DNA of 64,000 bases, from assembly GCA_963727625.1 (NCBI GenBank), contig CAVSHR010000011.1, positions 288,001 to 352,000 of the forward strand. The letters run 5' to 3'. This DNA comes from an uncultured delta proteobacterium (GTDB taxonomy: Bacteria > Desulfobacterota > Binatia > UBA9968). The translations under genes and the position numbers were made by a program. This document shows, one piece after another, positions 1 to 9,697 of the stretch (within the stretch, counting starts at the first letter, position 1; each line of letters begins with the position of its first letter). The notes beneath the pieces are model-generated. The model did no database searches and was not told the DNA's origin. It was given only the letters and a program-made list of their open reading frames with translations.

Positions 1-43
1 AAGGATCGGCGTTTGCGACCGCCGGCAATGTTACCGATGTCTC

Positions 44-1135
44 ATGAATCATGACCTCTTAGCGCGGGCGCTAACCTCGCCCGATAGCCTGGGAATTCTG
101 GCACTAGGAGAATGGGACAATCTGATTTCGCAGGCCCGGCGCGCGGGCTTATTGAGTCGGCTCGACGCGTTACTCGCTGAGCGTAAATGGCTCGATAATG
201 TTCCACAACCGGCTCGTGCCCATCTCCAATCAGCGCGAGTCACCGCGGAGAACGAAGAGCGGGTGATGCTCTGGGAGGTCAACCGCCTACAGCGCGCTCT
301 TAGTGAGATCGATTCCCCAATTATTTTACTCAAGGGGGCCGCCTACGCGCTAGCGGGTTTACCCGTCGCCCGGGGCAGGCTATCGACCGATGTGGATATT
401 CTCGTTTCCAAGGAGCAACTCTCCCTGGTTGAGGAGAAATTGCTTGGGCACGGTTGGCAACACGCGAAGTTAGAGGAATACGACCAGTTTTTCTATCGCA
501 CTTGGTCGCACGAGCTGCCGCCTTTAGTTCATAAACAACGTAAAACAGTCGTCGACGTGCATCATACCATCTTGCCACCGACGGGGCGTTTGCATCCCGA
601 TCCGAAAAAACTCATTGCCGCATCGATACCGCTGGATGGGACGAGGTTTCGGGTGCTAGCGCCGGCGGACATGGTGCTCCATAGCGCCGCCCATGCGTTT
701 CAGGACGGTGATCTGACGCGCGGGCTGCGCGATCTCGTCGATATCGACGGTCTCCTGCGCTACTTCAGTCAGAAAGAAAAGTTTTGGGACGAGCTCGCGG
801 CGAGGGCCGAAGAGTTGGATCTCCGTCGGCCGCTATATTACGCCCTGAGATATTCTCATTTCTATCTTCAGACGCCGGTCTCGCAGAACATACTTGAACG
901 ATCGAAAAGCTGGCGACCGGCTTGGCCGGCGACCGCGCTAATGGACATGATCGTCGACAACGTCATAACTGCTGGTCCTCGGCGCAAAGATTTCCGTCTC
1001 AAATTATCCCGCCAACTTCTTTACATCCGGTCCCACTGGCTGCGCATGCCGCCAGCGCTCCTGGCTAAACATCTTTTGCATCAGAGCTTTCGAAGGTGGT
1101 TCGCTCGACCGCACGACACGGCTGTGGCTCGCTAG
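44..1135 (+). CDS. Nucleotidyltransferase family protein (NTP_transf_5-like, HPr-rel-A/PEP-CTERM-locus type)
   Basis: LLKGAAY...R.STDVDILV and DVHH motifs; YDQFFYRTWSHELPP segment typical of this family. Confidence 0.85.
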   Translation: MNHDLLARALTSPDSLGILALGEWDNLISQARRAGLLSRLDALLAERKWLDNVPQPARAHLQSARVTAENEERVMLWEVNRLQRALSEIDSPIILLKGAAYALAGLPVARGRLSTDVDILVSKEQLSLVEEKLLGHGWQHAKLEEYDQFFYRTWSHELPPLVHKQRKTVVDVHHTILPPTGRLHPDPKKLIAASIPLDGTRFRVLAPADMVLHSAAHAFQDGDLTRGLRDLVDIDGLLRYFSQKEKFWDELAARAEELDLRRPLYYALRYSHFYLQTPVSQNILERSKSWRPAWPATALMDMIVDNVITAGPRRKDFRLKLSRQLLYIRSHWLRMPPALLAKHLLHQSFRRWFARPHDTAVAR

Positions 1136-1392
1136 CAACAGCTGCAAACGCGGGACTCAGCTGGGCTCGCTCCAGTTTCATTCATTCCTTAACCTGCGCC
1201 CACTAGAGCCCGAAAATCGTCCTCTGACTACACCGAAAGTTGCGGTTCGGGCAAGAAATCCTCGCCAATCAACCTGGCAAAAGACTGTAAAATTATTTAA
1301 CGCAAAATCCAAAAAGATAATCCTGTTCCGGGGGCCTGGTAACTATTCGGATCTTTAGACCCGGCATCGATACAATCTATTGTTCGGAAATG

Positions 1393-1455
1393 TGTAAATT
1401 GTCCTAACATAATCAATTGATTTCAACGATTGCCAACTATGGCCCTTCGATTGCG
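1393..1455 (+). promoter_or_regulatory. sigma54 promoter (1440-1455) with upstream TGT-N11-ACA enhancer-like site (1393-1409)
   Basis: TGGCCCT-TCGA-TTGCG matches TGGCACG-N4-TTGC spacing; TGTAAATTGTCCTAACA upstream. Confidence 0.6.
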
Positions 1456-1625
1456 TTTACTTCCTGCGGATGCAAAATCGCGTGGTAATAAGGCACTGTT
1501 GCCGCGGTTTTCGCACGGGGATGTTGCGTTAGCAAGAAGCTATTTTAGCCGGCGGGCTCAAATCTTCCGCTCAAGGACACGCTGCTTAAAAACGGTGGAC
1601 AATTAACTGACGAGAAACGGAGTCG

Positions 1626-2342
1626 ATGATGCGAACTGGTAAAATTTACAATGGGATTGTTTTGGGGTTTATAACCGCACTCTTTTGGGTTGTAAATCCC
1701 AATGTAGCCCGGGCCACAATCATTCTTAACCAAACCTGGACGACTGATGTGCAGTGCGGCGGTGACGGTTGTTTTGGATCCACCTACCAACTCATTATCG
1801 ACGATGGAGGCACAGACGATAATAATTTTACGGCGAGGCTGATCGTCGATGCTTCGAACTATTCTCCCCCTGGGGGAAAGACCGGTTATGATTTTATCTC
1901 GGCGGTAGATTTCAAGGTGGCGAGCAGCGTGATCAGCGCGAGCTTAACGGCGGCCCCCGGAAACCTCTCCGACTGGCATGTGGCATTCAATGCTGGCCAG
2001 GTTTCCGGAGACTGCGGCGGCAGTGGAAACGGCTTTGTTTGCGGCAACGACATCGGCACAAACTCGGCAGCCCCGGTGCCAAACGCAACTCCGTACGAAT
2101 GGGATTTTTCGTTTTCATTGGCCGCCGGCAAGGATAACAGCGATATTAGCTTCAGTCATTTAGGGACGCGCTACTGCACCGCAGCAGATACTTGCACCGG
2201 CGTGATCGTTTCCATCGACCAACCTGGAAGTCCAGGCGAAAAAGTTCCAGAGCCGTCGACGATGCTGTTGTTGGGAGCTGGTCTTATCGGCCTGGCCACC
2301 TGGGGAAGAGGCCGCTTGGGCCAACGCGCGGAAACAATGTAA
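1626..2342 (+). CDS. Cys-rich PEP-CTERM sorting-domain surface protein
   Basis: Signal peptide; C-terminal VPEPSTMLLLGAGLIGLATWGRGR (PEP + TM + basic tail). Confidence 0.93.
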   Translation: MMRTGKIYNGIVLGFITALFWVVNPNVARATIILNQTWTTDVQCGGDGCFGSTYQLIIDDGGTDDNNFTARLIVDASNYSPPGGKTGYDFISAVDFKVASSVISASLTAAPGNLSDWHVAFNAGQVSGDCGGSGNGFVCGNDIGTNSAAPVPNATPYEWDFSFSLAAGKDNSDISFSHLGTRYCTAADTCTGVIVSIDQPGSPGEKVPEPSTMLLLGAGLIGLATWGRGRLGQRAETM

Positions 2343-2579
2343 CTCAAGGTCAAAACTGTTTCCTTGGAAGATTGCAAAGCTGTGATTTACGGACCGTAGC
2401 AGCGCTTGCAACATCGACCGACGCGTCCGTTGAAGAATCATAGTGCTTTTCCGAGGGCGAGACTTCCATTTGTGCCAGGGTTGCGGCTGAAAATCGATTT
2501 CTCTCTAGTCGGAGGAACGCAATCCAAATTGTTGATTCTCGGGCCTCGCTTTTTGCGCAAGCTTAGCTTGCAGCTCTTC

Positions 2580-3538
2580 CCTCGCCATTCGAAGTTTTTG
2601 ATCAGAGTCTAGCCGTTCTCTAAGTCTTCTTTCTCTCACGGCTCACCGTGGCATAATCCAAGACCCCCTAACCGGAGCCCGATGTCGGTCTGGGTCAGTC
2701 CGCTGTATCGGTAAATCAATTCCATCGCCATCGCGCGTTCGTTGCGATATTGAGTGCGCTTCTTGGCGATTTGTTCCTCCTCCAATCCAAAGTAGGCGGC
2801 GACGCTTGTGACCACTCTCGCCGGCTCGACAGCTCGAAATTCCTTTAACGAAGGCTGCTCGCGCTTCGAGGCTTGGCTGTTTCCCTGGGCATTGTCTTGA
2901 AGGTTTTTCAGGAAGTTTTCCTTTCCCAAGATTACTTGGCTCTTGAGCTCGGCCCAGGGCGTTTTGTAGCCCAGCTTGAGGCCGTCCTCGACGAACTCTC
3001 GATAGCCTTTGCGCAAGCCGCCTATTTGGCTCAAAACTTCATCGTAGACAATCCAAGGGAGCCATTTCTCGATCTGCAAATAACCGCCCAGACTGCTCCA
3101 ACGGTAGCCCTCCAGCTCGCGGATTTGCTCCTCGAAGGTCGCGTCATGGCGTGAGCGGATTCGGACCGGGTTTAAGTGGACATAGCGGCTGAGTTCCAGA
3201 AGGTAGCTGTCCTTTTCAACCAAAAGGGCCTTGTATCGTCCTTGGAACAAGTGCCCCGCGCGGTTGTGGCGCCGATTGAATGCGCCGGTGTAGCTAATAA
3301 GAAAATGCCTCATGAATTCAGACAAGTTGGCCTTTGGAGTTTCGACAATAAAGTGGAAATGATTGCTCATCAAGACGAAGGCATGCAACCTGGCGCCGTA
3401 GATTTCTAAGGAGTTTTGCAGTTTATCGAGAAAAAAGCTTCGGTCGGAATCGTCGTTAAACGTATCTTTTCTTTCATTGCCCCGGCAGGTGACATGATAA
3501 TAGGCGCCCGGGTAGGCGATCCTCAGGGGGCGAGACAT
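2580..3538 (-). mobile_element. REP-associated tyrosine transposase (RAYT, Y1/HUH) with frameshifted C-terminal HTH
   Basis: MSRPLRIAYPGAYYHVTCRGN, MSNHFH (HUH), GHLFQGRYK, YVHLNPVR; tail continues in other frames as DYATVSRER and RRLRERLDSDQKLR. Confidence 0.88.
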
Positions 3539-3564
3539 GAGTGATCCGTATCACGAAATGAAAA

Positions 3565-3660
3565 TGAAAGTCAAAAGTAAAGATCTGACCATTAGTGAGT
3601 GCTTGAAAGTCAAAAGTAAAGATCTGACCATTAGTGAGTTATTAGTGAGTTAGTGAGTGC
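3565..3660 (+). repeat. 36-bp direct repeat (x2) plus TAGTGAGT sub-repeats upstream of the RAYT
   Basis: TGAAAGTCAAAAGTAAAGATCTGACCATTAGTGAGT at 3565-3600 and 3604-3639, then ATTAGTGAGT, TAGTGAGT. Confidence 0.95.
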
Positions 3661-3711
3661 CAAGTTACTTCCCATTGTTCAGCTGCAAAGCAGCGTAATT
3701 TTGCTAATGGG

Positions 3712-3750
3712 TGACCCGATTATCATTTTTCTGACCCGATTATCATTTTT
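3712..3750 (+). repeat. 19-bp tandem duplication
   Basis: TGACCCGATTATCATTTTT at 3712-3730 and 3732-3750. Confidence 0.95.
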
Positions 3751-3812
3751 TTCCATTAAAGATTCGCCGGTGGATTCGGAGTCCAAGGGAAGGTGTATTT
3801 TAACCAGAAATG

Positions 3813-3985
3813 TGTAACCTAAGCTCACACCTCCTATCAAGTAAAATTGTCAAATGAATCAATGGTTTACCTCAGGACCTTGAGTTGCGGTGATGATCTG
3901 TTAGCTCCCTTTACAGTTTTTCATTTAACCAAGCCGTCGAGTTACTTTCAATATTGGGTACTTAAGTAATGGCATGTGTGTTGCA
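3813..3985 (+). promoter_or_regulatory. sigma54 promoter (3970-3985) with IHF-consensus site (3857-3869) and TGT-N11-ACA site (3813-3829)
   Basis: TGGCATG-TGTG-TTGCA; AATCAATGGTTTA fits WATCAANNNNTTR; TGTAACCTAAGCTCACA. Confidence 0.75.
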
Positions 3986-4038
3986 ATACCCTCCCTCCAG
4001 AGGGTTTTCAATCAATTTTCAATCAAGGAGGAGTCTCC

Positions 4039-4635
4039 ATGATCAGTCTAAAGAAAATCGGTTTCTTAGCTGCACTGGTTTTTTGTGTATGCCTAACAGG
4101 GACGAGTGCATTCGCTGTGTTGACTATCAATGACCCGGGAGTCGTAGGGACTGTTGACCCCGGAACTCAATCTGCAGACCCGACTAACGAAACCGATTGG
4201 GCTAACTACCTGCTTGGTTTGAGTGCAAGTGTAACAATAACGGCTGATGGGAACACACCGCTGGATGGCGCGACTGAGAATTACCAGACTTCAAGCAATG
4301 ATTATAATGGTACCCTGAGCCTGGGCACACAGGGATCTGCGGGAGACACGGACGCTTCCGGCTATACATATGCGCTGGCTAAATATGATGGTCAGAATGC
4401 TGGGTATGTGCTGTTCTACATTCCCGACTTTGGAACTACTCTTCCCCAGTACAGCTACAGCATCTGGGGTTCTAGCGAGCAATACGCGCTCTCGCACTTT
4501 ATAGGTTTCGATGGCGGCACGGCAACCCCAAGCGGCACGCCAAGCGTTCCAGAACCTTCAACATTCCTGCTTCTAGGGGCTGGCCTAGTGGCACTAAGAA
4601 TGGTGTCCAACAGGTTTGGGATAAAAAACCTGTAA
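4039..4635 (+). CDS. PEP-CTERM sorting-domain surface protein
   Basis: AGGAGG RBS before ATG 4039; signal peptide; VPEPSTFLLLGAGLVALRMVSNR tail. Confidence 0.93.
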   Translation: MISLKKIGFLAALVFCVCLTGTSAFAVLTINDPGVVGTVDPGTQSADPTNETDWANYLLGLSASVTITADGNTPLDGATENYQTSSNDYNGTLSLGTQGSAGDTDASGYTYALAKYDGQNAGYVLFYIPDFGTTLPQYSYSIWGSSEQYALSHFIGFDGGTATPSGTPSVPEPSTFLLLGAGLVALRMVSNRFGIKNL

Positions 4636-4664
4636 AAATCACGACTAGCTCTGCTCTCTTACCT

Positions 4665-4702
4665 AAAGGGCGCCAGTGCAGGAGCACTGGCGCCCTTTTT
4701 TA
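4665..4702 (+). terminator. Intrinsic terminator
   Basis: AAAGGGCGCCAGTGC-AGGA-GCACTGGCGCCCTTT stem followed by T run. Confidence 0.9.
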
Positions 4703-4863
4703 TTGCCGGTAAATTAATGTTTTCATCTCGGGTTGCAGGAATGTTTTCTTGATGAGATTCCTCGCATGCGCTATGACTAGAACGATTGCAACCCTATCAA
4801 GAAGTTTCAAATGACCGCGCATTAAGCTTACCGCCTGATCGCCAAAAAAGTTTGTGTCCAGCG

Positions 4864-6702
4864 ATGGTACGATTTATTCAAAGCGTGACTGAGCTCTTTG
4901 AAACGGATCTTCGTTCGCTTGCGGTCTTGCGACTCGGAATAGGCCTTTTGTTGCTGCACGATCTGGTCCAGCGGTCAGGGGATCTTGTGGCGCATTACAC
5001 CGATTTCGGAGTGCTCCCGCGCACGGCTATGATTCAAAATACGTATAGTCGGTGGGTTGTTTCGATACACTTGATGAGCGGCACGTGGGAGGTAGAGGCG
5101 ATCCTATTTATTCTGGCAGCAGTATTCGCGGTGCTATTGCTTATAGGTTATCGGACCCGCACCGCGACGATTATTAGCTGGTTCCTTTTCACTTCGTTGT
5201 GCGCCCGGAACACTGTCATCCTGGCTGGTGACGCTTTGCTCTCGTCGCTACTTTTTTGGGGAATTTTTCTTCCATGGGGCGCTCGCTTCTCCGTTGATAG
5301 GGTATTACACGCGGGATGGGATCGTCTTCCGGATCGGTATGTCTCTTGGGGGGTCGTTGTCTACACATTGCAGATTGTCTTCGTCTTTTGGTTTGGCGCG
5401 CTCATGAAAACAGGGACCGAGTGGCGCGTCGATGGCACTGCTATCTATTATGCTCTCAGCATAGACCAATTGGCGACGCCGATCGGGCATTTCTTGCTTC
5501 AACTTGGGTGGATTCTAAAACCGCTTACTTTTGCAGTGCTTGGGTTTGAATTTATCGGTCCCTTACTGCTCTTTTCTCCGATCTGGAAAGGCCCTGTACG
5601 AAGCGGAGCGGTATTTGCGCTTTTCTCCATGCTTGTAGGCTTCGGATTGTGCCTTGTCATCGGCATTTTTGTTTGGACTGCAGCGTTTGCCGTTCTCGGG
5701 TTATTCCCGCCGTGGTTTTGGGAAAACATACAAAGGCGGCGGTGGCGCAAAAGGGATAAACAGGCGGTCAGAATTTATTATGATCGAGACTGCGGTTTTT
5801 GTACGATTTCGACTCGAGTTGTAAAGGGGCTCTTACCCGATCCGCTTATCCTGCCGGCTCAAGAGAACCCGTCGATTGAGTCGGATATGCGGTTACATAA
5901 TTCCTGGGTTGTGTTGGATGAAGACGGTAATCGACACTACGGATTCCTAGCAGGAATGATAGTTGCTCAACACTCTTATTTCCTAAGCTGGTTTGTTCCT
6001 TTGTCCCAATTTTCTTGGGTCAAAAGGATTGGCGAAAAGATATACAGGATTATTGCAGAACACAAAAAAAACTCATGCTGGCTTGAACCCGCAGAATCCT
6101 CAATTCGAGTGCCGGCATTTAACCTGGGAAAGATTCAATGCGCATGCGTCGCGATTTTATTGCTTTATGTTTTCTTTTGGAACGTTGCGACTGTTCCAAA
6201 TTCTAGCATTAGAATATCTGAACGCTTTCGGTCGATCGGCGAAGCGTTAGGGTTGGCGCAAGCATGGACGATGTTCTCGCCTTACCCGCTCAAGGACGAT
6301 GGTTGGTACGTGATCCCTGGGAAGCTCAAAAACGGTAAACAAGTGGATCTTTTTCGTGACGGGAAAGAGATCACCTGGGCGAAGCCTGATGTGGTTTCAG
6401 CGACTTACAAGAATTTTCGCTGGCAAAAATACATGATGAATCTTTGGAGACAAAATTACCGACAATATCGTCCGTATTATGCCCAGTATCTGTGCCGCGA
6501 CTGGAATGCGCATCATTCGCCAGACATGCAATTGGTGGAATTGCAGATCTATTTCGAACTAGAGTTAACGCTACCCAACTACGAATATTCGACTCCCGAA
6601 AAGGTGTTGTTATTAGAACACCGGTGTGATGCTGACAGTACTCCATCGAGAGAATCAAACACTAATGCGATTGACGTTACGTTAAGTGATCGGTCCCGGT
6701 GA
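4864..6702 (+). CDS. HTTM-domain membrane protein with inserted DCC1-like (DxxCxxC) thiol-disulfide domain
   Basis: DLRSLAVLR, YTDFGVLPR, LPWGARFSVD, W..DGTAIYYAL, QAWTMFSP HTTM motifs; internal YYDRDCGFC. Confidence 0.8.
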   Translation: MVRFIQSVTELFETDLRSLAVLRLGIGLLLLHDLVQRSGDLVAHYTDFGVLPRTAMIQNTYSRWVVSIHLMSGTWEVEAILFILAAVFAVLLLIGYRTRTATIISWFLFTSLCARNTVILAGDALLSSLLFWGIFLPWGARFSVDRVLHAGWDRLPDRYVSWGVVVYTLQIVFVFWFGALMKTGTEWRVDGTAIYYALSIDQLATPIGHFLLQLGWILKPLTFAVLGFEFIGPLLLFSPIWKGPVRSGAVFALFSMLVGFGLCLVIGIFVWTAAFAVLGLFPPWFWENIQRRRWRKRDKQAVRIYYDRDCGFCTISTRVVKGLLPDPLILPAQENPSIESDMRLHNSWVVLDEDGNRHYGFLAGMIVAQHSYFLSWFVPLSQFSWVKRIGEKIYRIIAEHKKNSCWLEPAESSIRVPAFNLGKIQCACVAILLLYVFFWNVATVPNSSIRISERFRSIGEALGLAQAWTMFSPYPLKDDGWYVIPGKLKNGKQVDLFRDGKEITWAKPDVVSATYKNFRWQKYMMNLWRQNYRQYRPYYAQYLCRDWNAHHSPDMQLVELQIYFELELTLPNYEYSTPEKVLLLEHRCDADSTPSRESNTNAIDVTLSDRSR

Positions 6703-6743
6703 TTGCTTATTCGAATTCTCGAATTGTATATAGGATCGAAATA

Positions 6744-8514
6744 TTAGCGTCCGTGTTTTCCCTTTGAGGAACCGGCGCCGCCGGAAGAGGAAATGATTAC
6801 GGATTCCACAGATGACACTCCGAAATGGCCGGCAGCATCGTAAGCCTTTGCTTTTAGGGTATGGGTTCCGTTGCTTATTGATTTAGTAGCGTTAAGTTTG
6901 AAAGTCCAAGGAGATGAGTTGGCGGTCGAAGTTAAAATGTCATCAATATAAAGCTCCACTGCCGTGACACTGCCATCCGGGTCATTTGGATCGGTATTTA
7001 CCGTAAGGAATCGCCCGTCGTAAATTACTCCGGTTATTTGTACAGTAGGAGGGAGAGTGTCTTGCGATTGGACGCTGATGCTATCCTGTGTCGAAGTGGC
7101 TTGGCCGCCGGCGAGGTCGTAAGCTTTTGCCATCAGAGTGTGAGTTCCGGAGAGCCCGTTGGTATTCCATTGAAATGAGTAGGGAGAGGTTGATGTACTG
7201 CTTGCAAATTGTCCATCGACGTAGAGATCAACTTTAGCTACTCCAACTGATGAATTTGCAGCGACGTCAACATTGACCATTCCAGAGACCAAGGATCCAG
7301 TGGAAGGGGAAACAATTGCGACAGATAAAGAATTGCCCGTTGTTGCTTGTGCTGCTTGCAGCGCTCGATAGACATTGATACGTCCCCACCCATAGTACGG
7401 ATCGAAACCGGGCGACCCCAAATCGTCAGCATTGCTCTGTATTAGATCGACTACTTGGGCATTGCTGAGAGCTGGATTGAGAGAAAAGAGGAGTGCTGCC
7501 AAACCTGCAACCTGGGGAGTGGAAAAGGATGTCCCGTAAACGCTCCAATATCCCCCGCCGTTTTGCGTTGTATAGATCCAGTTCCCTGGTGCTGCGACGG
7601 AGATCCAGTTTCCGTAATTTGAGAAGCTTGCGAAAGCGTCTGATGAATCGTTTGTTGCAGATACCGCGAGGACGTTTGTGCACGCCGCGGGATAATAAGG
7701 CGAACTGGTCGAGTAGTTTCCCGCAGCCGCCGCGATGACCAGTCCCTTACTCCAGGCATAGTTCACTGCACTTTGAAGCGTCGAAGAAGGGCTGGAACCG
7801 CTCAAACTAATATTGATGACCTTTGCACCGTGGTCGGCCGCGTAGTTAATGGCCGCAGCAATGTTGGAGTACGTCCCCACATGTGAAGTGTCCCAGACGA
7901 CTATTGGTATAACGGGGTTTTGCCAAGCTACTCCCGCGATACCGATTCCCGAATTGCTCGAGGCTGCGAGAGTTCCGGCAACCGCAGTGCCATGACCATC
8001 TCCGTCTTGGGTATCGGTGTTGTTCGCCAGGAAATTATACCCCGCCATTAATTTCCCAGACAGATCGGGGTGATTTGGATCCACGCCGGAATCAATCACC
8101 GCAATCGGCACTGAAGCTGATCCGGTGGTAAGGTCCCAGTCCGGACGGAGCTGAAATTCGCGGAAGATGCCATTCACTCGAATACCCCGGATCATTAGGC
8201 ACTAGGTTGGCTTCAGCAATAAAGTTTTTCTCGACGAACTGAACGGCCGAATTTTTTGAAAGAGCCGCTTCGATTGCGTCTAATGCATTATCCGGAACTT
8301 TAATCTGATGAACTTTGATTTGTGAAAGTGTCTTGAGTTTTTGTCCGCCGTAAATTCTATACACATTTTCGAGTTGCGCATCCGAGACGCCTGCCTTTGG
8401 GGCGATCAATAGCTCACCCGGAACGTGTGGCGAGCTCTGCGTGCGAGCGAGAGGGGGAGAGACCAACATCCCTGCAGCAATCAACACTAGCGTACATAGA
8501 ATGGATTTAAACAC
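6744..8514 (-). pseudogene. Secreted S8 subtilase with prodomain and two C-terminal Ig-like domains, split by a +1 frameshift near 8140
   Basis: ORF 8092-8514 has signal, prodomain and PNDPGY..WHL; ORF 6744-8195 has IDSG, HGT, GTSFSTP triad and AKAYD Ig repeats; may be an assembly error. Confidence 0.85.
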
Positions 8515-8608
8515 TGATTGTATCCCTTGCCTTTCTTGCTTACTTGTCTCGGCGAACGCAAGTCGGGATCTTAACGCTCCGTGAGGATTTCAGGGAGTTC
8601 AGATCCTT

Positions 8609-8693
8609 CCTTCGGCAGCCCAGCTATCAGGCATTCACCTGACCCGCGGCTTTGCGTCCCAGCCTCGCGGCTGGTTTGCCCTTGTCGAGAAGG
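8609..8693 (-). ncRNA. c-di-GMP-I (GEMM-I) riboswitch
   Basis: Minus strand reads GACAAGGGCAAACCAGCC-GCGA-GGCTGGGACGCAAAGCCGCGGGTC...GATAGCTGGGCTGCCGAA; P1 CCTTC/GAAGG. Confidence 0.92.
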
Positions 8694-8723
8694 CGGCTTG
8701 TTAATTCTTCTACGATGACTTAA

Positions 8724-8739
8724 CGCAAGCGGTGTACCA
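8724..8739 (-). promoter_or_regulatory. sigma54 promoter for riboswitch/subtilase
   Basis: TGGTACA-CCGC-TTGCG about 30 nt upstream of the aptamer. Confidence 0.7.
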
Positions 8740-9033
8740 ATAGCAGCGGGAATCAATTATAAAGTCTTCAGTCAAATTAACGGTGTATTTGGTAGGTGAC
8801 TAGGAAATTTTCAAACTTTTGGGAGGGTAGGCAAAATCCGAACGAACCCACGCAGGAACCAGCAATGTACGAGCCTCGTCAGACAAACGTACAAATCTTG
8901 TATTTTCGCTAAACGAGCCAGTGACGCGATGGAGACTCTATTCTTGCAGGAATCAAAGGCGACGCTGGCTTAGACGAACATCTAGGGTGGCTAACAATTT
9001 TTAAAATATGGTTTTTCAGGCTTCCGTGTGAAT

Positions 9034-9119
9034 CACCGGGGAGGCGCGGAGGACGCGGAGTAAAGTGTGTTCGATTAGAAATTAGTCCGGACTCTGCGAA
9101 CTTCGCGCCTCTTGTGGTG
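9034..9119. repeat. Imperfect inverted repeat (REP/MITE-like hairpin)
   Basis: CACCGGGGAGGCGCGGAGGACGCGGAG (9034-9060) pairs with CTCTGCGAACTTCGCGCCTCTTGTGGTG (9092-9119). Confidence 0.75.
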
Positions 9120-9242
9120 AATACGCCTTCACAGGTAACCCAGAAGCGCCTAAAAATATAAATAAAAAGGCCCTATCTCCTCGAAGGGATAGAACCTTTT
9201 CGCTACGCTTGTTAGAAAAGTGAAACGCTTGTTAGACGAAGC

Positions 9243-9584
9243 TTAGCTTCCGTAGTCTTCCTTGACCTGCTTGGGAGTGATGATCCAATCCCCCGTACAG
9301 CTCAGACGGGCGGTTTCGCCGATGTCTTTCCCGTTGGTGCCGCCATCGTAGTGTCCTCGCACGCCGAAGGTGCCGGTATAGAATATCGCCGCGCTCGCCT
9401 GGGTTCCGGCGCAGGTCACGGCTTTATAAGGAACATGCAGGATCGACAAAATAACGCTCCCCAGTACGAAAATGCCATTGTCCTCTTGATCGCCGGACTG
9501 TTGCGCACGGCTTGAGGCCGGCGTCAATAAAATCACCAGAGCAAAGATGGCGACCGAGATTCCACAGATGACTCGATTCTTCAT
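9243..9584 (-). CDS. Small exported/membrane hypothetical protein
   Basis: GGAGG RBS, signal peptide ending SRA-QQ, hydrophobic segment, Cys pair in the mature part. Confidence 0.7.
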   Translation of the reverse strand: MKNRVICGISVAIFALVILLTPASSRAQQSGDQEDNGIFVLGSVILSILHVPYKAVTCAGTQASAAIFYTGTFGVRGHYDGGTNGKDIGETARLSCTGDWIITPKQVKEDYGS

Positions 9585-9697
9585 GCTATCCTCCCTTTCC
9601 TCGACGGCGCTTAAATTAACGCGCTTATTTTGCGTGGGATTGCGCGATAAGTCAAGCTAAACTTATTCCCTTCCATGCCGGCCGGCGCACGAGAATT

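Noticed and set aside
3565-3660. 36-bp repeats as a CRISPR array
   Set aside because: Only two copies 3 nt apart, no spacers and no cas genes
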